Of a stretch of 64,000 nucleotides of DNA, positions 1 to 10,261 are shown piece by piece. Numbering within the stretch: position 1 is the stretch's first letter; each line of letters starts with the position of its first letter. The position numbers and the translations under genes were made by a program. The DNA comes from Bacteroidales bacterium (lineage in GTDB: Bacteria; Bacteroidota; Bacteroidia; Bacteroidales; WRGA01): the NCBI GenBank assembly GCA_031553395.1, contig JAVBLR010000011.1:10379-74378 (forward strand), written 5' to 3'. The notes beneath the pieces were generated by a model. It was not told where the DNA came from, searched no databases, and saw only the letters and a program-made list of their open reading frames with translations.

Positions 1-17
1 CGATTATATTCTAATTT

Positions 18-758
18 TTATTCTTGTATTTTTTCCACTACAGGATTGGCATCATTCAAGTTACCTTTTTCAATATCATTTTCTTTTTCCTGAAAATCAG
101 TATTTACATCTGCTTCCAACTTATTTTCTTTCTTCGAAAATTTCTCAATAAAATAAGAAATAAGCGGAGGCAAAAGAGACAAGAAGATAATAGCCAAAAT
201 TACCATTGAGAAATTCTTTTTCACAAAATCAATACCACCAAAGAAATATCCCAATGTTGTAAATAATGCTGTCCAAATGAATCCTCCAAAAAAGTTATAA
301 CGAATAAAATAACTATACCTCATTTTGCTTATTCCTGCAACAAACGGAGCTAATGTCCTCACAATTGGAACAAAACGTGCATACACAATTGTTTTTCCAC
401 CGTGTTTTTCAAAAAAAGCATGGGTTTTATCTAAATGACTTTGCTTTACCCATCCTCTTCGAATAATTATATGTCCGAAATGTTTTCCGATTTCATAATT
501 TACCGTATCGCCCAATATCGCTGCAATAAACATAATAATAAAAAGAAGCCACGGATTAAGCAATCCGGCACCAGCCAAAGCACCGGCAGCAAAAATCAAC
601 GAATCCCCCGGCAAAAAAGGAAGAACAACCAACCCCGTTTCACAAAATATAATACCAAACAATAATGCATACGTCAAAGTACCATAATCACTTGTAAACT
701 CTTGCAAATGTTTGTCTATATGCAGTACAAAATCTATTATCTGTTGAATGCTTTCCAT
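18..758 (-). CDS. dedA: DedA family membrane protein
   Basis: ETGLVVLPFLPGDSLIFAAG, LGDTVNYEIG and ARFVPIVRTLAPFVAG are DedA/VTT motifs; hydrophobic helices. Confidence 0.93.
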   Translation of the reverse strand: MESIQQIIDFVLHIDKHLQEFTSDYGTLTYALLFGIIFCETGLVVLPFLPGDSLIFAAGALAGAGLLNPWLLFIIMFIAAILGDTVNYEIGKHFGHIIIRRGWVKQSHLDKTHAFFEKHGGKTIVYARFVPIVRTLAPFVAGISKMRYSYFIRYNFFGGFIWTALFTTLGYFFGGIDFVKKNFSMVILAIIFLSLLPPLISYFIEKFSKKENKLEADVNTDFQEKENDIEKGNLNDANPVVEKIQE

Positions 759-770
759 AAAATGTTTTTT

Positions 771-836
771 TGTTATTTGTTAGTGGTTATTTGTTGTTAG
801 TTATTTCTTAACAAAGAAAGAATAACCAATAACAAA
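771..836. repeat. Inverted pair of degenerate heptamer arrays (TTATTTG/TTAGTGG type vs AATAACC/AATAACA)
   Basis: tgttatttgttagtggttatttgttgttagttattt ... aataaccaataacaaa between the TPR gene stop and the dedA start. Confidence 0.6.
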
Positions 837-847
837 GAACTTCTTCT

Positions 848-2227
848 TCAATTTATCTGTTGTAAAAGTTGAGTTAATTGAGTAATAATGCCTTCTCTAT
901 TTTGAATCTCTTTAATAGAGAGATTTATAGTTGATTCGGCTGATGCTTTTTCGAGATATTCGGCACACTTATCGTATTGTTTTATTTCATAATAAGATAC
1001 TGCCATTTTCAAAAATAAATCGGGATAATCAGGCTTAAATTCTTCTACTTGCTCAAAAAATAAAATTGCTTCGTCGTCGTTATTTTCCTTTTGTTTCAAC
1101 ACGCCGACAGAATAAAGAATATCTGTTTTCTCATCTTTATCCGTAGAAATTTTTATCGCGCTTTTGTAAGAATCCAACGCTCCGATATAATCGTTTAATG
1201 TTGTTAATATATCAGCTTTCAAAAAATAAAGATTACTGTCTTCCTGCGTAACTCGAAGTGCTTTATCTGCGTACAACAGAGCTTCATTAAACCGGCTTTG
1301 CTCCATCAGGAAATAAATCATTTTTTTGTAAGCCAACACGCTCTTATCATTCTTTTCGATGGCTTTCTGACAATATTCATAAGCAGCATCGAGGTTTTGC
1401 ATTTCCTCATAACACTCTGCTATAAGAATATAAGGCGTTTCATCCTCCGAATTGAACTCTGCATATTCCAGTAACGTTTCAATTGCTTTTTCATAGTTGC
1501 CATTTAAAATCAAGCAATTACCTTTCATATAAATGGTACGTTCGTCAGTTTCATCAATTGCAAGAGAAAAGTCAAAAGCTTCAATTGCTTTTTCGTAATC
1601 CGCTTTGATTGAATATAATTCGCCTAAATCTGTCCAATCATCCGAAGAATAAGGGTCAATATCCAAAATATCATTATAAACCGGAATTGCATCGTCATAA
1701 TTTCCCGAAAGGCGGTAATTATCTGCAACTTCACGCAAAAGTTCCAAACTTTGAGGAAATTTTTTCAGGCCTTTTTGCAAATAATTATTTGCATCCGTAA
1801 ATAATTCGACAGACTTGAGAATATCTGAAATCTCCAAAAAGATATATTCATCATTCGATTGCTCCGACAGCATATCAAAGATGCTTAATCCAGCCTGTAT
1901 ATTATTCGTATTTACAAATATCTCAGCCTTAAACAATAAAATTTCAGAATCGAAAGAATCTGCTGATATCCCATCAATCAAAGAAGAAGCCTTATCATAT
2001 TCACCTTTAAGAATAAGAATTCTGATTTTCTTCATCAACAACACCTGATTTCCGGGATGTTGTTTCAGTCCTTCTTCAACAACTCGCAACGAGGCCTCAG
2101 TATCTTCTTGTGAATCATAATAATCGGCAATATCTTCGAATTCATCCGAATCGAAATATACACTTTTCCCATTACGAAGCATTTCCTCGTAACGGTGCAG
2201 TATTTCTGTTATATTGTATTCTTCCAT
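848..2227 (-). CDS. Tetratricopeptide-repeat protein
   Basis: Many TPR units (e.g. YEKAIEAFDFSLAID) and N-terminal RYEEML...YFDSDEFEDIADYY typical of a Bacteroidota TPR family. Start placed at ATG 2227 because the ORF-track extension to 2275 only translates the heptamer array. Confidence 0.85.
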   Translation of the reverse strand: MEEYNITEILHRYEEMLRNGKSVYFDSDEFEDIADYYDSQEDTEASLRVVEEGLKQHPGNQVLLMKKIRILILKGEYDKASSLIDGISADSFDSEILLFKAEIFVNTNNIQAGLSIFDMLSEQSNDEYIFLEISDILKSVELFTDANNYLQKGLKKFPQSLELLREVADNYRLSGNYDDAIPVYNDILDIDPYSSDDWTDLGELYSIKADYEKAIEAFDFSLAIDETDERTIYMKGNCLILNGNYEKAIETLLEYAEFNSEDETPYILIAECYEEMQNLDAAYEYCQKAIEKNDKSVLAYKKMIYFLMEQSRFNEALLYADKALRVTQEDSNLYFLKADILTTLNDYIGALDSYKSAIKISTDKDEKTDILYSVGVLKQKENNDDEAILFFEQVEEFKPDYPDLFLKMAVSYYEIKQYDKCAEYLEKASAESTINLSIKEIQNREGIITQLTQLLQQIN

Positions 2228-2239
2228 TATTGAAAACGA

Positions 2240-2274
2240 TGAGATATAAGTTATGAGATATGAGTTACAAGACA
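2240..2274 (+). repeat. Heptamer array, one arm of the inverted pair around the four-helix-bundle pseudogene
   Basis: TGAGATA TAAGTTA TGAGATA TGAGTTA CAAGACA on + strand. Confidence 0.9.
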
Positions 2275-2297
2275 TAAAATGGAAGAAAGTATTTCGC

Positions 2298-2670
2298 TCA
2301 TTTTTTAATTTTTTGTTTGATGGTCAAAATTGAACTCTTCAACATTTTCAAAATCTGATTTGCTTCATTTGAAATATTGAAATATAAGTCAGTTGAGATA
2401 TAATCAGTTGCTTTTAATAAATCAAGCCAATAAATTGTTTCATCGCACTCTTTTTGAGCAATTCCCAATTTATGAATAAAATCCGGCGCACTTTCTGCAT
2501 TTCGTGCTTCTCTAATATTTGCTCCAATCGAAGTTCCCTACTTTAAAATTTGTTGACTTATAACATAAGTCCTTTTTTTCTTCTTTAAGTAATTTACATG
2601 TATTAACGATTAAAACAGCAAATTCAAAACTTTTATCAGCCAATATTGATTTTCCGTTGCTATATGTCAT
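2298..2670 (-). pseudogene. Four-helix-bundle protein (23S rRNA-IVP/TIGR02436, Avd-like), with a frameshift and an in-frame TAG
   Basis: Manual translation: MTYSNGKSILADKSFEFAVLIVNTCKLLKEEKK, then a +1 shift near 2570, then YVISQQILK*GTSIGANIREARNAESAPDFIHKLGIAQKECDETIYWLDLL...KQKIKK*. TAG at 2538-2540 replaces the Ser of the family RSGTSIGAN motif. Not in the ORF track. Confidence 0.88.
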
Positions 2671-2681
2671 CAAAATCACTT

Positions 2682-2716
2682 TTACTCATAACTCATATCT
2701 CATAACTCATATCTCA
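2682..2716 (-). repeat. Heptamer array, other arm of the inverted pair; begins with the glnS stop codon
   Basis: TGAGATA TGAGTTA TGAGATA TGAGTTA TGAGTAA on - strand. Confidence 0.9.
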
Positions 2717-4414
2717 CATTTGTTTACTCCAACTGTCTTTCAACGAAACGATTCGGTTAAAAATCAAACGACCTTCTTTTTCAGTATCAGGATCCACGGC
2801 AAAATAGCCTAACCGTTGAAACTGAAATTTATCCAATACTTTTGCTTTATCCAATTCCTGTTCTACCCTGCAATTTTTCAAAATAGTCAATGAATCCGGA
2901 TTTAGCAACGAGCGAAAATCAATATCCTTATCTTCATTCGGATTTTCCACACAAAACAACCGGTCATACAGCCGTACTTCGACTTCCATGCTGTGTGTTA
3001 CCGATACCCAATGAAGCGTTCCTTTTACTTTCCGGTTTGCTTCGGGCATTCCGCTTCGGGTTTGCGGGTCATATTCGCAATAAATCTCTTCGATTTCGCC
3101 AGTAGCTTCATTTTTCTTGCATCCGGTACATTTTACGATATAGGCATTTTTCAAGCGCACTTCCTGCCCGGGTGTCATCCGGAAATATTTTTTCGGAGGA
3201 TTTTCCATAAAATCTTCCCGTTCGATAAATAATTCCCGGGTAAAAGCAATTTCGTGCGAACCCATCGATTCATCCTCCGGATTATTAATGGCTTCCATCA
3301 TTTCTACCTGACTTTCGGGGTAATTGGTAATAATTAATTTTACCGGATTGATAACTGCCGAAACCCGTGGTGCACGTATATTCAAATCTTCACGAATAGA
3401 ACTCTCCAATAAAGCAACATCATTAATTGCTTCATATTTGGTATATCCAATTTTATCGACAAAATTACGAATAGATTCCGGCGTATAACCACGGCGACGC
3501 AATCCACAAAGCGTTGGCATACGCGGGTCATCCCATCCGTTTACGTAATTTTCCTTTACCAATTGCAACAATTTACGCTTACTCATTACGGTATAAGTAA
3601 GATTCAGACGGTTAAACTCAGTTTGATTTGGTCGATAATCATCCGTCTTCAATTGATCGATAAACCACGCATACAATGGACGATGTACTTCAAACTCTAA
3701 TGTACATAACGAATGAGTGATTCCTTCGAAATAATCACTTTGTCCATGAGCAAAATCATACATCGGATATACTTTCCAAGCATCTCCCGTACGGTGATGC
3801 GGATGATTGATAATGCGATATATAATAGGATCGCGCATATGCATATTTGGCGAAGCCATATCGACTTTAGCACGAAGCACTCGGCTTCCTTCTTCGAATT
3901 CACCTTTATTCATTCGTTCGAATAAATCCAAATTTTCTTCTACACTACGATTGCGATACGGACTTTCAGTTCCCGGCTGAGTGGGAGTTCCTTTTTGCTG
4001 GCTGATAACTTCGGCCGATTGGTCATCCACATATGCCAATCTTCTCTTTATTAAATCAACAGCAAAATTCCATAACTTCGGAAAATAATCGGAAGCATAA
4101 AACAATCTGTTTTCCCAGTCAAAACCAAGCCAATGAATATCCTCCTTTATAGAATCGACATACTCGACATCTTCCTTAACCGGATTTGTATCATCGAAAC
4201 GAAGATTGCATTTTCCACCGTAACGCTGCGCCAATCCAAAGTCCAAACAGATTGCCTTCGCATGTCCGATATGTAAATAACCATTCGGTTCAGGAGGAAA
4301 ACGGGTATGAACTCGTCCACCGTTTTTCCCTTCTTTCAGGTCATTTTCAACCATTGTTTCAATAAAATTCAAGCTTTTTTTGCCTTCTTCTTCAGGCGTA
4401 TTATTTGCAGTCAT
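2714..4414 (-). CDS. glnS: Glutamine--tRNA ligase
   Basis: RFPPEPNGYLHIGHAK (HIGH) and VMSKRK motifs. Start placed at ATG 4414 because a -7 box TACCTTTG (4447-4454) lies inside the ORF-track extension. Confidence 0.97.
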   Translation of the reverse strand: MTANNTPEEEGKKSLNFIETMVENDLKEGKNGGRVHTRFPPEPNGYLHIGHAKAICLDFGLAQRYGGKCNLRFDDTNPVKEDVEYVDSIKEDIHWLGFDWENRLFYASDYFPKLWNFAVDLIKRRLAYVDDQSAEVISQQKGTPTQPGTESPYRNRSVEENLDLFERMNKGEFEEGSRVLRAKVDMASPNMHMRDPIIYRIINHPHHRTGDAWKVYPMYDFAHGQSDYFEGITHSLCTLEFEVHRPLYAWFIDQLKTDDYRPNQTEFNRLNLTYTVMSKRKLLQLVKENYVNGWDDPRMPTLCGLRRRGYTPESIRNFVDKIGYTKYEAINDVALLESSIREDLNIRAPRVSAVINPVKLIITNYPESQVEMMEAINNPEDESMGSHEIAFTRELFIEREDFMENPPKKYFRMTPGQEVRLKNAYIVKCTGCKKNEATGEIEEIYCEYDPQTRSGMPEANRKVKGTLHWVSVTHSMEVEVRLYDRLFCVENPNEDKDIDFRSLLNPDSLTILKNCRVEQELDKAKVLDKFQFQRLGYFAVDPDTEKEGRLIFNRIVSLKDSWSKQM

Positions 4415-4502
4415 ACAGAAAATTTTATCCGTTTTTTTAAGAACGCCAAAGGTAATATATAATTTACAAACAGGCAATTTGCAGATTGCTATTTTATTAA
4501 CA

Positions 4503-4559
4503 GTGAAAGTAAAAGATGAAAATCTCTCACTTTTACCTTTTACTTTTTACCTTTTACCT
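4503..4559. repeat. Heptamer inverted arrays (TTTACCT/TTTACTT) between divergent glnS and sbcD promoters
   Basis: gtgaaagtaaaagatgaaa ... cacttttaccttttactttttaccttttacct; sbcD -7 box TACATTTG at 4570-4577. Confidence 0.65.
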
Positions 4560-4600
4560 CAATTCTCCCTACATTTGCAGTTAAATGAAATAACAAAGAT

Positions 4601-5833
4601 ATGTCTTTAAAAATACTACATACAGCCGATTGGCATTTGGGGCAAACTTTTTTCGAATTTGACCGGAAAGAAGAGCACGAGGCTTTTTTTCAGTTTTTGA
4701 TATCACAACTTGCTTCGCTTGAAATTGATGTTTTACTAATAAGTGGAGATGTTTTTGATGTAGCCAATCCTTCGGCTGCTTCACAAAAAATGTTTTTTCA
4801 TTTTCTAAAAAATGCGGTAACAGCCAATCCTGATTTACAGATTATTATTACCTCGGGCAACCACGATTCTGCAGCACGGTTAGAGGCTCCACGCCCTTTG
4901 CTGGAAGAATTTAATGTAAAAGTCATCGGGATTGTTCCCCGAGCCGAAATACAAGAAATCGACTGGGAACAACTATTGATTCCGGTTTCAAACAAAAAGG
5001 GTGAAAGGGCATGGTGCTTGGCTATTCCGTTTTTGCGTCCCGGAGATTTTCCTGTTTTGCCGGATATGGAAAATACATATGTCGAAGGTATTACAAAATT
5101 TTACCAAGATGCTTTTTCATACGCCGAAGAAAAACGAAAAAAAGGCGAAGCAATTATAACCATGGGACATTTACACGCAACAAATGCACAATTAAGCGAA
5201 GACGATCGTAGTGAAAGAGTGATTATCGGTGGCATCGAATCTGTTCCTGCAAGTGCTTTTAATGATAAAATCGCCTATACAGCATTAGGACATATTCATA
5301 AAGCACAGAAAATAGCACAAAAAGAAAATATTCGTTATGCCGGAAGCCCTTTGCCAATGTCTTTTTCGGAAGTAAATTACAAACATCAACTCGTTTTTGT
5401 AGAAATTGAAGGCGAAAATGAAGTTAAAATTGAAGAAATAGAAATACCCAAATTAATTCCTTTATTATGTATACCAAAGAAACCTAAACCACTAGAAGAA
5501 GTTTTAATCGAATTGGAACAACTTCCCGAAACAGACGAAGCAACAAATAATCTTGCTCCCTACTTGGAAGTTCGTGTTTTATTAGATACACCACAACCTT
5601 CGTTGAAACATCAGATAGAAAACATCTTAAATAAGAAGGATGTCCGTTTGGCTAAAATCACATCGTCTTATGATAAATCAAGCAGTTATTCGACTAAAAA
5701 GATAACCGATTTCAATGATTTACAAAAAATGCAACCCATTGATATTCTGAAAGAAGCCTATCAATCTAAATACAACTCCGAATTACCAAAAGAGTTGGAA
5801 GATATTTTTTTGGAAGCTTGCAGGGATATTTAA
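4601..5833 (+). CDS. sbcD: Exonuclease SbcCD subunit D
   Basis: LHTADWHLG, SGDVFD, GNHDS and ALGHIH metallophosphoesterase motifs; directly upstream of sbcC. Confidence 0.96.
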   Translation: MSLKILHTADWHLGQTFFEFDRKEEHEAFFQFLISQLASLEIDVLLISGDVFDVANPSAASQKMFFHFLKNAVTANPDLQIIITSGNHDSAARLEAPRPLLEEFNVKVIGIVPRAEIQEIDWEQLLIPVSNKKGERAWCLAIPFLRPGDFPVLPDMENTYVEGITKFYQDAFSYAEEKRKKGEAIITMGHLHATNAQLSEDDRSERVIIGGIESVPASAFNDKIAYTALGHIHKAQKIAQKENIRYAGSPLPMSFSEVNYKHQLVFVEIEGENEVKIEEIEIPKLIPLLCIPKKPKPLEEVLIELEQLPETDEATNNLAPYLEVRVLLDTPQPSLKHQIENILNKKDVRLAKITSSYDKSSSYSTKKITDFNDLQKMQPIDILKEAYQSKYNSELPKELEDIFLEACRDI

Positions 5834-5908
5834 TAGACAAGTTCGGGTAACATAAGCTTTCATTTGTCCACTAATTTTTAACTTTTAATTCTTAACTCTT
5901 AATTTTAA

Positions 5909-8900
5909 GTGAAGATACTTGCCATTCGCGGAAAAAACTTAGCATCATTAGAAGGTGAATTCAAAATAGATTTCACTCAGGAACCACTATATTCTGCAGG
6001 GATTTTTGCCATAACAGGAAATACCGGCGCCGGAAAATCCACATTGCTCGACGCAGTATGTTTGGCTTTATTTGCAGAAATTCCACGTTTAATTTCCGCG
6101 CAAGAAAACGGAGTGGAGCTTGCAGATTCCGGAAAAAACTCTATTTCTCAAAATGATGTCAGAAGTATTTTGCGCAAAGGAACTGCCGATGGATATGCCG
6201 AAGTCGATTTTATCGGACAAGATAATAAAACCTATCGTTCCCGGTGGTCGGTGCGAAGGGCGAGAAACAAAGTTGAAAATCAGTTGCAAACCGACACGGT
6301 TGAATTAACGCAATTACCTTCGGAAGAAAGATTGGGAGGAAAAAAAACAGAGACTTTAAAGTTGATTAAGGAAATACTCGGACTTAACTTTGAGCAATTT
6401 ACCCGTTCGGTTTTACTGGCTCAAAACGATTTTACCGCATTTCTCAAAGCAGATAAAAATGAAAAAGCTTCGTTGCTCGAACGATTAACCGGAACGGATA
6501 TTTACTCCAAAATCTCCATTGTTATTTACGAAAAATGGAAAAAGGCAAATGAAGAATTGCTGCTTTCCCAACGGCAATTAGAAGGCATTATATTGCTAAA
6601 TGATGAGGAAATTGTTGAAATCAATAATAAAAAAGCTGAAATCGAAAAAAAACTGAAAATCATTGATAATCAATCAAAATCAATTGAAAATTCTCTAAAA
6701 TGGCATACTGATTTAAACATCCTGACAGAAAGCAAAGACAAAGCAGCATCTTATTTATCGGAAATAGAAAAAAAATCTAATGAAGTTGCAGATAAACAAA
6801 TTACATTACAACAGATTGATAAGCTGCAAGTTATAAAAAGTGATTTTGACGGACAAAAAGAATGTCTAAAATCTATCGCAATACAAAAAAATCAACTTAT
6901 CAACATAAAAAACAAAATAGAATCTACTGAAAATGAATTAAAAACCTTTGAAATAGAAGAAAAAACAACTAATGAAAAACTCTCTGATATTTTAAATGAA
7001 CAAGAAACTGCTCGCCCCTTATTGGATAATGCAAAAAAATTCGACATACAAATAGACTCATCAAATATACAGCTCATTAGTATTGATAAGGAATTAAATT
7101 CAGCCCGGCAAAAAACCAAAGAAGCAAACGATAATAAAGAAGCAAATTATCTTAAAATTGAAAAACTTAAACTTGAAGTTGAAAAAATAAACAATTGGTT
7201 TAATCAGAATGAAATCCGAAAACCAATTGCAGAAAATATAACGGAAATAAAGCTGAAATTAAATGATGCTGGAGAACGATTTTCCAATGAATTAAAATTA
7301 GAAAAAGATATAAAACAAATAACATCAGTAATAGAGCAACTTAAATCAAACATTAAAAAACACAATCAAGAATTAAGTACAAAATCAAATTTATTAAAAG
7401 AAAACAAATTACAACTATCTGATATTGAAATAAAAATAAAAGAATTAAATCCTGAATCAATAATTGAACAGAAGGAAACCCAACAAGAACGACACATACA
7501 TTTATCCTCTGCAAAAGAGGCTTGGAAAAACTTAATAGAAGATAAAATAAAGCTAAAAAATTATCAACACAGTATAGAGCAACTTAAATATAAACAATTA
7601 GAAAATAATAAAAACTTAATAGTATTGAATGAAAATGCGAATCAAGTTTCAATTCAATTAAAACAGACAAAGAAATTGCTTGAAAATTCAAAAGCTTCTG
7701 TTTATGAAAACATCAAAAATATTCGGGAACAATTAATAGAAAATCAACCATGCCCTGTTTGCGGAAGCAAAGAACATCCTTATTCTGGAGAAACAGAAAA
7801 TTTACAGAAAGTATTCCACGAATTGGAACAGGAAGTTTCCTCATGTGAAAATAAATATGCCGAATTACAAAAAAGGATTATAAAAAAGGAACAGGAAATC
7901 GAGACAGACACAAATTCCCTTCAAATACTGGATATTGAAATTAAAAATCTTGAGAATGAAATTGAGCTAAATACATCCAAATGGAAATCATCGGTATTAT
8001 ACAATGAATATAAGGAGATAAACGAGGACTCTGTAATCGTACATTTTGATAACGAATTGCAGAAAGTTTCAGCAATGTTACTTCGGTTATCAAAACAAGA
8101 AAAAGAATACTACACATTATCTAACACCTTAAATGAAAAAAGAAAAGAATTAGATAATGCGGCAAAAGAAATATCCGATATAGAAAAATTAGTAGCAGAA
8201 TCCATTCGAAAATCAGATGTTGAAACCCGTTCATTGAAGGCATTCTCAGAAGAAAAGAATACAAATCAGCAACGTTTTTCAGAATTAATCAATCAATTAA
8301 ATACGTATTTTCTAAATAACAACTGGCTGAATAACTGGAAAGAAAATCATGCAGATTTCTTGAATAAAGCAATCGATTTTTCTAATCAGTGGAAATCAGA
8401 GAACGAACAACTTACTGAAAAGCAACAAGCATTAAAAACGACCGAAAGTTTAAGTGAAAATTTGGCTATTCAATACATTGAAGCTCAAAAAGCTGAAAAT
8501 ATCGTTTTTCAAAAACAGCAACAAATCCAAGTTGATAAAAATCAATTACAACAAAACCGGAATCAATTATTCGAAGGAAAAGCTGTTGAACTTGTAGAAA
8601 AGAATTTTTTCGAACGAATTACAAATATTCAAAGTAAACTAAATATTATTCGCAAAAAAGTAAATGACGTTAAATCTATATATTTAAATTTATTAGGGAA
8701 CAAAGAAGGATTAGAGAAGCAAATCAATTCTCTTCAAGAAAAAAATGAAGATTACAGCCAAAAATTGCAAAATTTTATCATTTCTTACAACAAAAAAAAT
8801 GAAGATATACTGACAAATGAAAGCTTGTCGGAGCTACTCTCCTACCCGCCCGATTGGATAAACGAACAGCGATTGCTTATTCAACAAGTAAAAGAAAACC

Positions 8901-9637
8901 TGATACAATCTCATTCAACTTTTGAAGAGCGTAATACTCAATTACAAAAGCATTTATCCAATAAAACAACAGAAGAATCTGTAGAAGAGTTAAAGCAACA
9001 ACAAGAAAATAATAAATCTGTTCATCAAACGCAAAATGAATTAAAAACAGAGTTGGATTTCAAACTTCGTCAAAATGAACTAAATAAGGAAAAATGCGGC
9101 AATATCCTCAACGAAATTCAGACCAAAACAGTAATCAATGAACGTTGGGGAAAATTGAATTTATTGATTGGATCGGCTGATGGGAAAAAATTCCGTCAAA
9201 TAGCGCAGGAATATACGTTAGACGTATTATTAGTATATGCGAATACCCATTTACAGGAATTGGCAGGCCGCTATCGCATCGAACGTATCTCCGAAACATT
9301 AGCCTTACAAGTTATCGACCAGGATATGGGAGATGAAATCCGATCGGTACATTCGCTTTCAGGAGGAGAATCTTTCCTTGTTTCGTTGGCATTAGCATTA
9401 GGATTAGCCTCCTTATCATCCAACCGGATGAATATCGAATCCTTATTCATCGATGAAGGATTTGGTTCTTTAGACCCTGAAACCCTGCGAATCGCCATGG
9501 ATGCATTAGATCAATTACACACACAAGGCCGTAAGGTGGGTGTTATTACCCACGTCAGGGAAATGACAGAACGAATTCCTACACAAATTGTAGTTGAAAA
9601 AACATCGTTGGGAAAAAGCAGGATCCAAATAAGGTAA
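5909..9637 (+). CDS. sbcC: Exonuclease SbcCD subunit C (SMC/Rad50-like ATPase)
   Basis: Walker A GNTGAGKS, zinc hook CPVCG, signature LSGGE, Walker B LFIDEGFGSLD, long coiled coil; GTG start. Confidence 0.96.
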   Translation: MKILAIRGKNLASLEGEFKIDFTQEPLYSAGIFAITGNTGAGKSTLLDAVCLALFAEIPRLISAQENGVELADSGKNSISQNDVRSILRKGTADGYAEVDFIGQDNKTYRSRWSVRRARNKVENQLQTDTVELTQLPSEERLGGKKTETLKLIKEILGLNFEQFTRSVLLAQNDFTAFLKADKNEKASLLERLTGTDIYSKISIVIYEKWKKANEELLLSQRQLEGIILLNDEEIVEINNKKAEIEKKLKIIDNQSKSIENSLKWHTDLNILTESKDKAASYLSEIEKKSNEVADKQITLQQIDKLQVIKSDFDGQKECLKSIAIQKNQLINIKNKIESTENELKTFEIEEKTTNEKLSDILNEQETARPLLDNAKKFDIQIDSSNIQLISIDKELNSARQKTKEANDNKEANYLKIEKLKLEVEKINNWFNQNEIRKPIAENITEIKLKLNDAGERFSNELKLEKDIKQITSVIEQLKSNIKKHNQELSTKSNLLKENKLQLSDIEIKIKELNPESIIEQKETQQERHIHLSSAKEAWKNLIEDKIKLKNYQHSIEQLKYKQLENNKNLIVLNENANQVSIQLKQTKKLLENSKASVYENIKNIREQLIENQPCPVCGSKEHPYSGETENLQKVFHELEQEVSSCENKYAELQKRIIKKEQEIETDTNSLQILDIEIKNLENEIELNTSKWKSSVLYNEYKEINEDSVIVHFDNELQKVSAMLLRLSKQEKEYYTLSNTLNEKRKELDNAAKEISDIEKLVAESIRKSDVETRSLKAFSEEKNTNQQRFSELINQLNTYFLNNNWLNNWKENHADFLNKAIDFSNQWKSENEQLTEKQQALKTTESLSENLAIQYIEAQKAENIVFQKQQQIQVDKNQLQQNRNQLFEGKAVELVEKNFFERITNIQSKLNIIRKKVNDVKSIYLNLLGNKEGLEKQINSLQEKNEDYSQKLQNFIISYNKKNEDILTNESLSELLSYPPDWINEQRLLIQQVKENLIQSHSTFEERNTQLQKHLSNKTTEESVEELKQQQENNKSVHQTQNELKTELDFKLRQNELNKEKCGNILNEIQTKTVINERWGKLNLLIGSADGKKFRQIAQEYTLDVLLVYANTHLQELAGRYRIERISETLALQVIDQDMGDEIRSVHSLSGGESFLVSLALALGLASLSSNRMNIESLFIDEGFGSLDPETLRIAMDALDQLHTQGRKVGVITHVREMTERIPTQIVVEKTSLGKSRIQIR

Positions 9638-9745
9638 AAGATAACAGGTAAAAAGTAAAAGGTAGACTATTATAAAGTATCAACAAATAATAAGCATCTT
9701 AAATAAATATTTTTTTACTTTTTTACCTAATCCCTTTTACTTTTA
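9631..9745. repeat. Heptamer inverted arrays (AGGTAAA/AAGTAAA vs TTTTACT/TTTTACC) between convergent sbcC and yqaA
   Basis: aggtaaaagataacaggtaaaaagtaaaaggtag overlaps the sbcC TAA; counter arm tttttactttttacct...cttttactttta. Confidence 0.7.
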
Positions 9746-10207
9746 TCAGATTTCCCACCCAAGCCATTGTCCGGCATATTTGTAAAGAAGGATATATCCA
9801 AGAAAACGGCAGAATTTACCGATAAGCATAAAAAGGGCGCATTTCTTATAATCTACTTTATAAAAGCCTAATGCTAGGGCAAAAACATCTCCAACAATAG
9901 GCAACCAAGCTAAAAATGCCAAGGAAGCTCCATATTTAGTAATACGATTCTGCTGTTTCTCCATTTTTTCAGGAGTGATTTTCAGCCATTTTTCTATCCA
10001 TTCCCATTTACCCAGCCAACCCAACAAATAGGTAGAAAGGCTTCCCGTCCAATTACCCAGTGTTGCAACAATAAGTACAAAAAGAGGCTTTGCTCCGGCA
10101 TACAAAAGTCCGGTAACCAAAATTTCAGAACTCAAAGGAAGAATAGTTGCCGCCAAAAACGACCCGATAAATAATCCTAAATAACCCCAGTCTAATAAAT
10201 GTTCCAT
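9746..10207 (-). CDS. YqaA family (VTT/DedA-like) membrane protein
   Basis: SFLAATILPLSSE, ATLGNWTGS and WLPIVGD motifs. Confidence 0.9.
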   Translation of the reverse strand: MEHLLDWGYLGLFIGSFLAATILPLSSEILVTGLLYAGAKPLFVLIVATLGNWTGSLSTYLLGWLGKWEWIEKWLKITPEKMEKQQNRITKYGASLAFLAWLPIVGDVFALALGFYKVDYKKCALFMLIGKFCRFLGYILLYKYAGQWLGWEI

Positions 10208-10261
10208 ATAAGTAAATTAGGGTATAAAAATACACTTTTCAATAATAACTAACACAATTAC

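Noticed and set aside
2538-2540. In-frame TAG in the four-helix gene as stop-codon recoding
   Set aside because: The gene also has a frameshift, and TAG is a normal stop for ffh, ridA and ltaE; pseudogenisation is simpler
6600-9100. Very A-rich centre of sbcC as a possible foreign insert or intein
   Set aside because: Explained by the K/E/N/Q/L coiled coil with the zinc hook centrally placed; no intein motifs
4601-9637. SMC-like ATPase plus nuclease as a defence system (Wadjet/Lamassu)
   Set aside because: Canonical SbcD and SbcC motifs with no accessory defence genes; housekeeping repair
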